From an uncultured delta proteobacterium (GTDB taxonomy: Bacteria > Desulfobacterota > RBG-13-43-22): a stretch of 64,000 bases of DNA. The notes beneath the pieces were generated by a model. That model did not search any database. It saw nothing but the letters and a program-made list of their open reading frames with translations, and had not been told where the DNA came from. Shown here in pieces: positions 9,534 to 20,203 of the stretch. The stretch is from the NCBI GenBank assembly GCA_963711835.1, contig CAVQFQ010000021.1:294632-358631 (forward strand). Direction: 5' to 3'. The stretch's first letter is position 1, and every line of letters starts with the position of its first letter. Position numbers and translations under genes: made by a program.

Positions 9534-12187
9534 CTAACACGCCTCCAGCAGGGCCACATACTGGTCGTCCTGGAAGTGGCCGACCTGGATGGCCCCCTGG
9601 GGGCAGGCACTGGCGCAATTCCCGCAGCCCCGGCAGGCGGCCGGATCGATCTGGGCAAAATGGCGCTCGTTGATGCGCGGGACATTGAAAGGACAGACCC
9701 GCAGACAGGTCAGGCAGGCCACGCACCAATCCTCGTTCACCTCGGCCACTGGCCCGCCCACATAGATCAGCTTCTGGGACAGGATGGTGGCTGCCCGGGC
9801 CGCCGCCCCCTTGGCCTGGGACAGGCTTTCTTCAATGGATTTCGGGCCATGTCCCAGGCCGCAGAGGAACATCCCGGCTCGTAGAAACGGTCGAAGCCCT
9901 TACCCTGGGCGCGCATATCGATAAAGAAGATCGTGGTGTCAATATCGGCCTCGTGTTCCTTGGTGATCATGGCCTGCTTGGTAGCGTACATACAGCAGAC
10001 ATAGGAACAGTAGTCGGCCGATTGCGCCGTCGCGCGAGCCCACGCACTGGATCCAGGCCATTCCGGCTTGGTTTCTTACCATCGGAAGAGCCGATGGATA
10101 TGGCCTTCGAAGGGTCCGGCAGCGGACAGTATGCGCTCATATTCGATACTGGTCACCACATTGGGGTAGCGCCCGTAGCCGTATTCCTCTTTCAACCGGG
10201 CGTCAAAGATCTCAAAGCCGGGGCAGGCCACCACCGCCCCCACTTCCAAGGTAAGGTCCTGGCCGGTCATGGTGTGATCGATGGCTTTGGCCAGACAGAC
10301 CTTGACGCACTGATAACATTCCGAACAGATCCCGCACTCAGCAGGCATCGTTCGGCCTCGGTCAGGGTGGTCTCTTCCTGGAACGCTGGGGCCACTTCCT
10401 TGAAGTTTCCTTCCCGGGCGGCCGGGGGAATCTTGGTGATGGACAGGCGGGCCTTCTTCAGGACCCCCTCCGTGGAGGGCTTTTCATAGGACCAGTCTTC
10501 TTCCCGCCCGGCTTTCAGGTCCACCCCCTTGAGGTACCGGCGGATGCTTTCGGCGGCCTTCTTGCCGCTTTCCACGGCTTCGACCACCGACTTGGGGCCG
10601 TAAAAAACATCGGGCCGCAAAATACTGCGGAATAGGGGTTTGAAGAGAGACCGGGTTGCCCGCAGCCCCCCTCGGGGGTTATGGGCGACAACCTGCTGGT
10701 GGCAAAGGAGAGATCGGCCGCCTGCCCGATAGCCACGATAACCGTATCCCCGGTGAGGGCGGTCAAATCCTTTTCATCATACTGTTGCTGCAGGGCCCCT
10801 TGGGCATCGAGACGGCCGTGCACCGTTTGAATTCGATCCCAACTTTACCGCCTTCCTGGAGAAACCGCTTCGGACCGAGACTGTTCACGATTTCGATCCC
10901 TTCTTCGAGGGCCTCTTCGATCGACAATCCCAGGCGGCATTTCTTCCCGCTTTCGAGGAGATCAGGGTGACCTGCCCGGCGCCGTAGCCGTTGACGCTGA
11001 AGGCCACATCGACGGCCACATTGCCGCCGCCGATGACCAGGACTTTTTTCACCCAGGGGGATCGGGTTCTTCAAGGCCTAGTTCTTGGAGAAATTCATCC
11101 CTCGATAATCCCTGGGCAGGTCCTCCCCTCCATGTTCAGGCCCCACTCTATGTGCAGGCCGGTGCCGCGACGAAACATGCCGCCGAAAGCCCTCGGCCTT
11201 CAGGATATCGAAGGAAATATCCTGACCGAAGGTCATCCTGGTCTTGATTCCCATACCGAGGGCCTCGATGGTCCGAATTTCGGAACGGAGGATGTCCCGG
11301 GCAGGTGGTACTGGCAATGCCCGACGGCCATCCATGCCCCGGCCACAGGAAGTTTCTTAGACCGTTACTGGATACCCTGGGCGAGGAAAGGTGACCCAGT
11401 CCGGCGGACCGGAGTCATTATGGCGATTTTTTGGCCTTCCGTTCCTTGATCTCCCGGAACTGTAGCTTTTCCGCCGGGCCAGGTCCTCATCGGCCAGAGC
11501 TGCAGGTACTGGATCTGCATAGTGGCTGGTCGAATTCTCCGGCGGATGCCCAGGGGGACGGCGACAGACCCGGCCGCAGATTCCGGGAAAAGGATGGGCC
11601 TCTTCGCAAGAGGGCCAGGGCCTCCCGGGTATTTCTTCTGGTTGATCAGGGCGAGGGACCCTGGACGCTGACGTGGGCCGGGCAGGTGGCCTTGCAGGGG
11701 GAGGTCCCCCGGGCGATCGATGGCAAAGGTGGAAGGCACGGCCTGGGGAAAGTGATGGTAAATGGCCTTGCGCCGGTTCATCCCCTGGTTAAAATCGGCC
11801 GGCACCTCAACGGGGCAGACCTTGATGCACTCCCCGCAACCCGTACAGGCCTCTTCCCGAATAAAGCGGGGTTCTTTATGGAACTTGGGAAATCATAAAG
11901 CGGCCGGTCTCCATAGATCCCCGTTACCCGGCTTTGGGTCAGAAGCTCTATATTGGGTTGCCGGATACCTCGATCAGTTTGGGTGAAATCAGGCAATTCT
12001 AGCAGTCGTTGGTGGGAAAAGTCTTGTCCAACTGGGCCATGCACCGCGCGCTGCCCCTCACGTTGCGGGTGCCCGCCAGATAGACCTTAAAACCGGCATT
12101 GGCCAGGTCCAGGGCCGACTGCATCCCGGAAATGCCGGACCCGACCACCAAAACGGCACCGATCTTATTTGAATTGGGTTGGCTCAT
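9534..12187 (-). CDS. hdrA: Large HdrA with an inserted NAD(P)H/GltD-like module (HdrL-type); heavily frameshifted, with an apparent internal deletion
   Basis: [122 protein letters not shown]. Confidence 0.8.
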
Positions 12188-12218
12188 GAGGAGACTACAG
12201 AACCCCGCTCAGAGGAAA

Positions 12219-12938
12219 TTATTTGCCCAGGTAAGCCTGGCGGACTTTTTCATCCGCCAGCAGTTCCCGGGCCGGCCCCTCCAGGGCGATGCTTCCGGTT
12301 TCCAGGACATAGCCGTACTTGGCGATCTGTAAGGCGGCCCGGGCATTCTGTTCCACCAAGAGTATCGTGGTGCCCTGATCATTGAGCTGGCGAATGACTT
12401 TGAAGATTTCCTGAACGACCAGGGGAGCAAGTCCCATGGAAGGTTCATCCAAAAGGAGGAGCTTGGGACGGGACATGAGGGCCCGGCCGATAGCCAGCAT
12501 CTGCTGTTCCCCGCCGCTCAGGGTCCCGGCCAGCTGTTTGGCCCTCTTACGCAGGATTGGAAAAACCCGGTAAATCCATTCCAGTTTTTCTTCAATTTCC
12601 CCTTTGAATTTCCGGTTGTGATATAAATAGGCCCCCAAGTGGAGATTATCCATCACCGATAAATGGGCGAAAATTTGACGTCCTTCCGGCACCTGAGAGA
12701 TTCCCTGGGAAACAATCTTGACCGGGGTAAATTTGGAAATATCCGTACCTTGATACCAGATGGCCCCCTCTTTCGAGGCCATCACTCCTGAAATGGCCTT
12801 AAGCAGGCTGCTCTTCCCGGCGCCGTTGGCCCCGATAATGGTCACAATACTTTCCGAGGCAATTTTCAACGACACGTTTTTCAAAACCTGTATGGAGCCA
12901 TAGTAAGCATTGAGACCGCGGAGATCAAGCATAGTCAA
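12219..12938 (-). CDS. livF: HAAT (branched-chain amino acid family) ABC ATPase
   Basis: GANGAGKS, VPEGRQIF, LSGGEQQM, LLLDEPSMGLAP. Confidence 0.95.
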   Translation of the reverse strand: MTMLDLRGLNAYYGSIQVLKNVSLKIASESIVTIIGANGAGKSSLLKAISGVMASKEGAIWYQGTDISKFTPVKIVSQGISQVPEGRQIFAHLSVMDNLHLGAYLYHNRKFKGEIEEKLEWIYRVFPILRKRAKQLAGTLSGGEQQMLAIGRALMSRPKLLLLDEPSMGLAPLVVQEIFKVIRQLNDQGTTILLVEQNARAALQIAKYGYVLETGSIALEGPARELLADEKVRQAYLGK

Positions 12939-13701
12939 TCTCCCCGCCCAAATAGGCTTCGATCACCCTGGGATCGTTCTGTATGACCGTCGGAGGCCCT
13001 TCGGCAATCTTCTGGCCGAAATTGATGGCCACGATCTCGTCCGAGACCTTCATGACCAGACTCATATCGTGTTCCACCAAAAGGACCGTGATCCCGCGGT
13101 CCCGGATGGCATAAATCAGGTCCGACATCTTTTGGGTTTCGGCTTCATTAAGCCCGGCAGCCGGCTCATCCAGAAGGATCAACCGGGGTTGGGTGGCCAA
13201 GGCCCGCAGGACTTCCAGGATCTTTTGCTCCCCCAGGGGGAGGCTGGTGGAGGGGTACCGGGCCTTGGAAAGAAGGCCCCCTAATTCCAGAATTTTTAAG
13301 GATTCCTCTTGAATCCGGGACTCTTCCCTCCTCATCGCCGGAAGTCGAAACCCCACTGAAACAAGACCGGAACGGGTTCGGGGATGGCGTCCGACCATGA
13401 CATTTTCAAGGGCGGTCATGTTCCCGAAAAGCTCCACGGTTTGGAAAGTGCGGGAAATCCCCAAAAAAGCGATGATATGAGGGCCCAGGCCGTTGATGGC
13501 TTTCCCCTGAAAGATAATACGGCCCGCGGAAAGGGAATGAACCCCGGTAATGAGATTAAAAAGGGTGGTTTTACCGGCCCCGTTGGGTCCGATAACCGAC
13601 TTTATCTGACCATCCTGAATATCGAAGGAGAGGTCTACAATAGCCATCAAACCGCCAAAGGCTTTTTTGATCGTATCAATTTTTAAGAGGGGCTCGGGCA
13701 A
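12925..13701 (-). CDS. livG: HAAT ABC ATPase
   Basis: GPNGAGKT, GISRTFQ, LLDEPAAGLN, VIEAYLG. Confidence 0.95.
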   Translation of the reverse strand: MPEPLLKIDTIKKAFGGLMAIVDLSFDIQDGQIKSVIGPNGAGKTTLFNLITGVHSLSAGRIIFQGKAINGLGPHIIAFLGISRTFQTVELFGNMTALENVMVGRHPRTRSGLVSVGFRLPAMRREESRIQEESLKILELGGLLSKARYPSTSLPLGEQKILEVLRALATQPRLILLDEPAAGLNEAETQKMSDLIYAIRDRGITVLLVEHDMSLVMKVSDEIVAINFGQKIAEGPPTVIQNDPRVIEAYLGGEIDYA

Positions 13702-13703
13702 GG

Positions 13704-14654
13704 TCAGGCCTTTCCTTGTCTAAAAATTTTTCGAAGCAGGATCGGGGTCCCTTCCAAAAAGCCCTGGGGCATGAAGAGTAAAATCGCCAGCAAAATAGCC
13801 CCGTAAACCAGGATGTCGTATTGCTCAAAAACCCTTAAATATTCAGGCAAAAAGGTCAGCAGGGTAGCCCCGAAAAGGGCTCCCCAGATATTTTGGATTC
13901 CCCCGATGACCCCCATCATGAGAAACATGATGGAGACCATTAAGCCGAAGTTGTTGGGGGCGATAAAGGAGACGAAATGGGCATAAAGGCTTCCGGCAAT
14001 CGAGGCATAAACCGCACTCAGGACAAAAATCTGGATCTTCAAGAAGGAGAGATTGACCCCCATGGCGCTGGCCGCCACCTCACTGCCGTGCATGGACCGT
14101 AAGGCCCGGCCTACCCGGGAATAAATGATATTCAGGGAAAACCAGAGCAGCAGAAGGGTGATCCCCCAGACCAGATAATAAAATCGAAAACTGGAGTTAA
14201 TCTGAAAGCCTCCGAAATGAACCGGCGGGATATTGGAAAGACCGGAAGGGCCTCCGGTGAGTTCCATCAACTCATTAAAAAGAATAAAGACAATCTCCCC
14301 GATACCCAGGGTGGCCACGGCCAAATAGTGTCCTTTGAGACGTAACGCCGGAATCCCGATAACAATAGCCACTAAAATGGAGAGGAAAACACCGCCCCCA
14401 AAGGCCGTAAAAATGGAAAACCCGAAATGAGTCGTCAGGACACCGGTGGAATAAGCGCCTATGCCATAGAAGGCGGCATGCCCTAAGGAGATCTGCCCGG
14501 CGTACCCCATCAGGAGGCTTAATCCGATCACGACCAGGCTGTTGATGCCCATAAACACCAGAACGCTCAGGTAGTAATCGCCTCGGATAAACAGGGGAAC
14601 GACGGCCACCAGGATGGCCAACCCCAGGAGTTTCAGGTGATTCGTTTTTCCCAT
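13704..14654 (-). CDS. livM: HAAT ABC permease
   Basis: GYAGQISLGHAAFYGIGAY, LRLKGHYLAVATL. Confidence 0.93.
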   Translation of the reverse strand: MGKTNHLKLLGLAILVAVVPLFIRGDYYLSVLVFMGINSLVVIGLSLLMGYAGQISLGHAAFYGIGAYSTGVLTTHFGFSIFTAFGGGVFLSILVAIVIGIPALRLKGHYLAVATLGIGEIVFILFNELMELTGGPSGLSNIPPVHFGGFQINSSFRFYYLVWGITLLLLWFSLNIIYSRVGRALRSMHGSEVAASAMGVNLSFLKIQIFVLSAVYASIAGSLYAHFVSFIAPNNFGLMVSIMFLMMGVIGGIQNIWGALFGATLLTFLPEYLRVFEQYDILVYGAILLAILLFMPQGFLEGTPILLRKIFRQGKA

Positions 14655-14664
14655 CCCGAACCCT

Positions 14665-15558
14665 TTAAAATTGTTTGACCTTCCCTACCTCGGCGCTGCC
14701 GAAGAGGCCGCTGGGCTTGATGAACAGGACCAGTATTAATATGACCAGGGCAATGGCGTCTTTGAACCCTGATGAAATAAAGCCGGCGGCAAACGATTCC
14801 ACTACCCCGATGATGAACCCGGCCACGACCGCCCCGGTTCCCATGCCCAATCCGCCTAAAACCGCCGCACAGAAACCTTTTAAGGCCAGCAGCGGACCCC
14901 GGTCATATTCCATCAAGGCAATAGGCGTGATGGAGGCCCCGGCTATGGCCCCCAGTGTGGCGCTCAGGGCAAAGGAAAGAAGCACCATATGAGAGACGTT
15001 GATTCCCACCAGACTGGCCGCCAATCGGTTCCCGGCACAGGCGCTCATGGCCTTGCCGGTAATGGTCCGGTTGAAAAAAAGGTTCATGAGGATAACGGTC
15101 ACCAAGGTCAGGCCCAGGACCCAGAATATCTGAGGCAAAATCGCGGCCCCGGCGATAATCAGGGGTTTCCCGGAGGAAAAAGAAGGCAGGCTGTAAGGAT
15201 CTTTCCCCCAGATGAACATGGCTATGCCCCTGAAAAAGATGGAGACCGCTACAGTGACGATAATAAGGGTGATGAGGGAAGCATTTTTAAGCGGGTTGAT
15301 GAAGGTCCTTTCATAAATTGCCCCTACCCCGGTTACGACCAGAAGGGTAATGAAAAAGGACAGGATCATGGGAATCTTCAGGGTAGCCGTTAATGAGACC
15401 ATGACCAGGCCCCCCAGCATGACAAATTCGCCCTGGGCCAGGTTGATGATCCCGGTGGCATTATAAATGATCGTGAACCCCAGCCCGACCATGGCATAGA
15501 TGCTGCCCAGGGTTAATCCTGTAACTAAATACTGTATGATTTGACTTTGGAGGTCCAT
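14665..15558 (-). CDS. livH: HAAT ABC permease
   Basis: GSIYAMVGLGFTII..INLAQGEFVMLG; hydrophobic throughout. Confidence 0.93.
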   Translation of the reverse strand: MDLQSQIIQYLVTGLTLGSIYAMVGLGFTIIYNATGIINLAQGEFVMLGGLVMVSLTATLKIPMILSFFITLLVVTGVGAIYERTFINPLKNASLITLIIVTVAVSIFFRGIAMFIWGKDPYSLPSFSSGKPLIIAGAAILPQIFWVLGLTLVTVILMNLFFNRTITGKAMSACAGNRLAASLVGINVSHMVLLSFALSATLGAIAGASITPIALMEYDRGPLLALKGFCAAVLGGLGMGTGAVVAGFIIGVVESFAAGFISSGFKDAIALVILILVLFIKPSGLFGSAEVGKVKQF

Positions 15559-15717
15559 GGCCTTATCGCTTTTTATCCCGGGGCAATCAAAACATTAAAG
15601 AATATTTTACTATTAAAGAAAGGGGATAGGGTTTAACTCGTTTGCCGTTCGGCCTTCGGCGTTCGGCGAATCGATTCTCCGAACGCCGAACACCGAACGG
15701 TTTTTAAGTTGGAAGCG

Positions 15718-16926
15718 CTATTTGGCAAATTCCCAGTCGCCTTTGACCACCTCGATCATCTCGAAGGCGGTCAGATCCAGACCGGTGTGGTCTGCCGGGG
15801 ACATGTTAAAGATTCCACCCGTTCCGGGCCACTTTTTGACACTATTTTCCAGATAATCACGTAGTTTGGCCTTGTCGGTTCCCACATGTTTAATGGCATC
15901 GGCCACCATCATCAGGGCATCATAGCCATGGCCTCCAAAGGTGGAGACATCGGCCTTGAAACGTTTTTCATATTCCGTAGCGTACTTGGAAAGAACGGCA
16001 TATTGGGGATGGTTCTTGGGCAATTTATCCCAGATCACCAGACGTCCTAAAGGAGACAGGACCCCCTCGGCCGCCCCACCGGCCAGTTCGATGTTCTTTT
16101 TACTACCAAAGCCATGACTCTGATAGAGGGGAATCCCCATGGCCAGGGCCTTCCAGTTTTTGGTAACGACCACCTGAACCGGTCCAACGGACCAGTTAAT
16201 AACCGCCTGGGCGCCGCTGGCTTTGATGCGGGTCAGTTGAGCGGTCATATCCGAGTCTTTGGGGCCGTAGACCTCATCGGCTAAGATGGTCATCCCATAT
16301 TTGGGGGCCAACCGCTTCAATTCCTTGCGGCCCGAGTCACCGAACCCGGCTGAGACGCTGATAATACCCACCTTGGTAATTCCCTTTTTCTTAAAGTAAT
16401 TGTAAATGGCTTCCACCGCTTGGGTATCGGCTTGGGGGGTTTTAAAAATCCAGGGGCGCTGAACCTTGGGGACCTCAAAGGCGGCTTTGGGGCTTTCCAC
16501 CATCCGTTTGTATTCCTCCGCCGGGGTGACGATCTGGAGGGCTGCTGCCATGGAAATCATGGGAATTTGAGCCTTCTCGCAGATGGGGGCCATGGCCATG
16601 GATTCGCCGGTGGTGGAGGAGCCAACTATAGCTACTACTTTGTCCCGCTCAATGAGTTTTTTAACGGCCAGAACGGCCTGGCTCTCTTCACTTTTGGAGT
16701 CTTCAATGATGATTTCTACGGGTTGACCTTTGATGCCCCCCTCCTTGGTAATCCATTCCTGGATCATCAACGCGGTATTTTTTTCCGGTTCGCCCAGGAA
16801 AGAGGCCGGGCCGGTAATAGAGGCGATAAAACCGATTTTAATGGGGTCGGCGGCCCGAAGGGGGCCGTTCAAGGTCAGACTTAACAGGATGGCTGCGAAG
16901 ATAACCAAACAAGTACCTTTTTTCAT
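15718..16926 (-). CDS. livK: HAAT-family substrate-binding protein (true ligand unknown)
   Basis: Signal peptide; IKIGFIASITGPASFLG; first gene of the liv operon. Confidence 0.88.
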   Translation of the reverse strand: MKKGTCLVIFAAILLSLTLNGPLRAADPIKIGFIASITGPASFLGEPEKNTALMIQEWITKEGGIKGQPVEIIIEDSKSEESQAVLAVKKLIERDKVVAIVGSSTTGESMAMAPICEKAQIPMISMAAALQIVTPAEEYKRMVESPKAAFEVPKVQRPWIFKTPQADTQAVEAIYNYFKKKGITKVGIISVSAGFGDSGRKELKRLAPKYGMTILADEVYGPKDSDMTAQLTRIKASGAQAVINWSVGPVQVVVTKNWKALAMGIPLYQSHGFGSKKNIELAGGAAEGVLSPLGRLVIWDKLPKNHPQYAVLSKYATEYEKRFKADVSTFGGHGYDALMMVADAIKHVGTDKAKLRDYLENSVKKWPGTGGIFNMSPADHTGLDLTAFEMIEVVKGDWEFAK

Positions 16927-17215
16927 GCGTTGTCCTCCTCTTTCTTTCTAATCAGGATAGGTTAAAAAGTTGCTTGGGATGGGTCCGTACCGGCTTGGGA
17001 TTTAAACAAAAAAGTTAGTTCACCCCCTTTCCGAAGGGCTCGGGCGTTCAAGCTTAGAAAAATTAGGATAGGATTTGTTAAGGTTCTGAAAAAAGGCTAA
17101 AATTATATAAATAGCTATATTATAACTTATTCGAAACCCTATCAAGCGCAAAATCATTTTTAGTAGCCTCCGGGATGTTTGTCAATCCTAATCGCTGCCG
17201 GACCGGACAAAAACC

Positions 17216-17263
17216 TTGACAGGAACAAAGTCCTTGGCTATAAGGTGAATGAGACATCATTCA
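17216..17263 (+). promoter_or_regulatory. Sigma70 promoter plus FadR(YsiA)-like operator
   Basis: TTGACA(17216)-17 bp-TATAAG(17239), followed by the palindrome TGAATGA-GACA-TCATTCA (17246-17263). Confidence 0.8.
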
Positions 17264-17285
17264 TACCGACATACCGAAAGCCGTT

Positions 17286-17957
17286 ATGAGAGACCTCCAT
17301 AAACGCGAAAAGATATTGCAGGCCGCCGTTAAGGTGTTTGCCCAAAAAGGTTTTTACCAGTCCAAAGTTTCTGAAATCGCCCGGGAAGCGGATGTGGCCG
17401 ACGGCACCATTTACCTCTATTTCCATAATAAAGACGACATCCTGATCAACCTCTTTGAAGAGGAGATGACCAAGATCTTGGAGGAAATGAAAGGCCGGAT
17501 GGCCAAGTGTTTGGATCCCCGAAAAAAAATCGAGCAGTTTGCCAGGACCCATTTGGGATTGGTTAAAAAGAAAAAAAATCTGGCCGAAGTGATCCAGGTG
17601 GAAACCCGTCAAAGCAGCAAGTTTATGAAAGAGTATGATAACCGCAAGTTTGCCCAATACTTGGATCTGATTTCTGACATTATTACCGAGGGACAGAGAA
17701 AGGGGGTGTTTCGTCGAGACATAAACCCGGGAATCGCCAAGCGGGCTATATTTGGGGCCCTGGATGAATTATCCAGGCTGTGGGTCTTATCCCCGCAGAA
17801 AAAATATTCCCTCGCCATGGCTGCCAAACAAATAAGCGCCTATTTTTTAATAGGAATGATTGAACCCGATTATCGAGCACGAAAAAAAAATGGTCCTGCC
17901 CCTTCAGAGGGTTCGACCAGAAAAGGAGGATACAGTGAATCTATTGGCCTTAATTAA
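17286..17957 (+). CDS. TetR-family regulator, FadR/YsiA-like
   Basis: ILQAAVKVFAQKGF..IAREADVADGTIYLYFHNKDDIL; upstream of etfBA. The C-terminal tail may be an indel artefact. Confidence 0.9.
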   Translation: MRDLHKREKILQAAVKVFAQKGFYQSKVSEIAREADVADGTIYLYFHNKDDILINLFEEEMTKILEEMKGRMAKCLDPRKKIEQFARTHLGLVKKKKNLAEVIQVETRQSSKFMKEYDNRKFAQYLDLISDIITEGQRKGVFRRDINPGIAKRAIFGALDELSRLWVLSPQKKYSLAMAAKQISAYFLIGMIEPDYRARKKNGPAPSEGSTRKGGYSESIGLN

Positions 17958-18729
17958 ACAAGTTCCGGACACGGAAACCCAGATTAAAATAGATGCTGGG
18001 GGAAAAGGAATTCAAACCACTGATATCAAGTGGGTGATGAATCCCTATGACGAATTCGGCGTCGAAGAAGCCCTCCGAATCAAAGAAAAAACCAGCGGGA
18101 AGGTGACCGTCATCGGCTTGGGCCCCCAGCGGGTGGTGGAATCGCTGCGAACGGCTTTGGCCATGGGCGCCGATGAAGCCATCCATATTGACGATCCCGC
18201 TGCCGAAGGCGGAGATGCCCTGGCTACGGCCCGGGTCTTGGCCGGGGCAATAAAAGAGGTCCCTTTTGATCTTATTTTCTGCGGTCAGCGGGCGGTGGAC
18301 GATGACAACGCCCAGGTAGGCGCCGCCCTGGCCGAACTGCTCCAGGTCCCCTTATTATCGGTCATCACCAAGGTGGAGATTTCGGAAGACAAGACCAAGG
18401 TCAAAGTCAATCGGCCGGTGGAAGGAGCCACCTGGGTCTTGGAAACATCCCTGCCGGCCCTCATCACCGCTCAAAAAGGATTAAATGAACCCCGCTACGC
18501 CTCCCTGCCGGGGATTATGAAGGCCAAGAAAAAACCCCTGACCGTCAAAAAATTGGCCGACCTGGGGTTGGCCCCGGATCAGGCCGGTGAAGCCGGTTCA
18601 AAAATAAAGACGCGCGTTCTTACGTCCCCGCCGGACCGCATACCCGGTAAGCTCGTGGAGGGCGAATCGGTCCAGGAAAAAGGGACCGTTCTGGTCAAGC
18701 TTTTGCGAGAAGAAGCCAAAATCATTTAA
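17935..18729 (+). CDS. etfB: Electron transfer flavoprotein beta subunit
   Basis: GTG start after AGGAGG; IKQVPDT, NPYDEFGVEEAL, NEPRYASLPGIMKAKKK. Confidence 0.95.
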   Translation: MNLLALIKQVPDTETQIKIDAGGKGIQTTDIKWVMNPYDEFGVEEALRIKEKTSGKVTVIGLGPQRVVESLRTALAMGADEAIHIDDPAAEGGDALATARVLAGAIKEVPFDLIFCGQRAVDDDNAQVGAALAELLQVPLLSVITKVEISEDKTKVKVNRPVEGATWVLETSLPALITAQKGLNEPRYASLPGIMKAKKKPLTVKKLADLGLAPDQAGEAGSKIKTRVLTSPPDRIPGKLVEGESVQEKGTVLVKLLREEAKII

Positions 18730-18746
18730 GACAAGGAGAACAGGTT

Positions 18747-19733
18747 ATGGCAAAAGGAATTTTGATTATTGCAGAACAAAGAGGGGGGGCCCTCCGTAAG
18801 ATATCTTTGGAGTTGGTCAGTGAAGGACGCCGCCTGGCCGATCAATCAGGGCAGCCATTGGCCGCGGTCATTGTGGGTCATCAAATTTCTGAGGAGGCCA
18901 AAAAATTGGTCCCCTACGGAGCCGAAACGGTTTTTATGGCCGATGCCCCGGAGTTGGCCGATTATACCCCGGAAGCCTATACGGCGGTCCTGAGTGATCT
19001 GATTAAAAGCCAGGATCCGGATATCGTCCTGGCCGGCTCCAGCCAACAAAGCAAGGAATTAGCGGCCCGTCTGGCAGCCCGTCTGGGAACCGGCTTGGCC
19101 ATGGACTGCGTGGCCTGGCGCCTGGAAGATGGTCTGCTGGTGGCCAAAAGACCGATTTATGCCGGGAAGGTCTATGCCGAGGTAGTATGTGAAACAGCCC
19201 GGCCTCAAATGGCAACCGGGAGGCCCAATGTCTTCTCGATTCTTGAGCCGGACCCCGGCCGGACGGCCGAAATGGTACCCCTTTCCGTCTCCCTGAAACC
19301 CGAAGATCTTCGCACCCGATTGGTGGAAACCCTGGCCGATCAGAGCGGCCGGGTGGACCTGACCGAGGCCACCTGTATCGTTTCCGGAGGCCGGGGTATG
19401 AAGGGGAGTGAAAACTTTACTATTTTGGAGGAATTGGCGGAGGTTATCGGAGCCAGTGTGGGGGCTTCCCGCTCGGCCGTGGATGCCGGCTGGCGTCCTC
19501 ATAGCGACCAGGTAGGACAGACCGGAAAGGTGGTCAACCCCAACCTGTATATAGCCTGCGGCATTTCCGGAGCCATCCAACATTTGGCCGGCATGGGATC
19601 CTCCAAGGTCATTGTGGCCGTCAATAAAGACCCCGATGCCCCGATTTTCCAGAAGGCCGACTATGGTATTGTCGGAGATCTTTTTGAGGTGGTCCCGATC
19701 TTGAAAGAAGAACTCAAAAAAATCCTATCCTGA
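18747..19733 (+). CDS. etfA: Electron transfer flavoprotein alpha subunit
   Basis: [37 protein letters not shown]. Confidence 0.96.
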   Translation: MAKGILIIAEQRGGALRKISLELVSEGRRLADQSGQPLAAVIVGHQISEEAKKLVPYGAETVFMADAPELADYTPEAYTAVLSDLIKSQDPDIVLAGSSQQSKELAARLAARLGTGLAMDCVAWRLEDGLLVAKRPIYAGKVYAEVVCETARPQMATGRPNVFSILEPDPGRTAEMVPLSVSLKPEDLRTRLVETLADQSGRVDLTEATCIVSGGRGMKGSENFTILEELAEVIGASVGASRSAVDAGWRPHSDQVGQTGKVVNPNLYIACGISGAIQHLAGMGSSKVIVAVNKDPDAPIFQKADYGIVGDLFEVVPILKEELKKILS

Positions 19734-19825
19734 TCCGGCCCCCAGGAAAAAATGGATTGCGGTTTTAGGCTGATCCCTTAGAGGGGTCCGCTGGTCCTGA
19801 TTTCATGGAACGTTGTACCTAAACA

Positions 19826-19856
19826 GGCCCTCTCTCCCAAAAAAGGAGAGAGGGCC
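19826..19856. repeat. 12-bp-stem hairpin (possible terminator or CCCTCTCCC-type repeat)
   Basis: GGCCCTCTCTCC-caaaaaa-GGAGAGAGGGCC; a similar hairpin lies at about 61800-61825. Confidence 0.5.
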
Positions 19857-19921
19857 GGGATCAGGCAACTGAGGGGTATCGTTCAAAAGTTGTGGCATTT
19901 TATTTCTGATACCCGTTGGAA

Positions 19922-20149
19922 GAGGACCGGGGGTCTTGATTTCAAGGTTGTCCAAAGGGTGATCCTTCCCGCCAATTCGGCCCGGATTTCTAAGGATGGT
20001 ATAGAGCCGGGCCTTCACCCAACCGGACAACCAGCTTTGGTGAAGGCCTGCTTAAGGTATTATCGTCACCCTTCCAGTCCCGCTAAAAGCGGGATTTCAA
20101 GGTGAGGAGTTTATGGTGGACAACCTTGAAATCAAGATCCCCGGTCCTC
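19922..20149. mobile_element. 228-bp fold-back element with 33-bp terminal inverted repeats (MITE or structured RNA)
   Basis: 19922-19954 and 20117-20149 are 32/33 complementary; internal inverted repeats GGCCTTCACC/GGTGAAGGCC and TCCCGCT-AAA-AGCGGGA. Confidence 0.65.
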
Positions 20150-20203
20150 CAGTCAGGCAATAATGCGCCAATGCCAAAAGTTTTAAACGATATTAAATAA
20201 GAT

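Noticed and set aside
11999-12001. In-frame TAG in hdrA ([11 protein letters not shown]) as possible pyrrolysine
   Set aside because: The position is normally Ser/Ala (TCG is one base away), the region is error-dense, and no pyl genes are in the window.
16930-17215. Riboswitch or T-box upstream of livK
   Set aside because: AT-rich divergent promoter region with no recognisable aptamer or T-box consensus.
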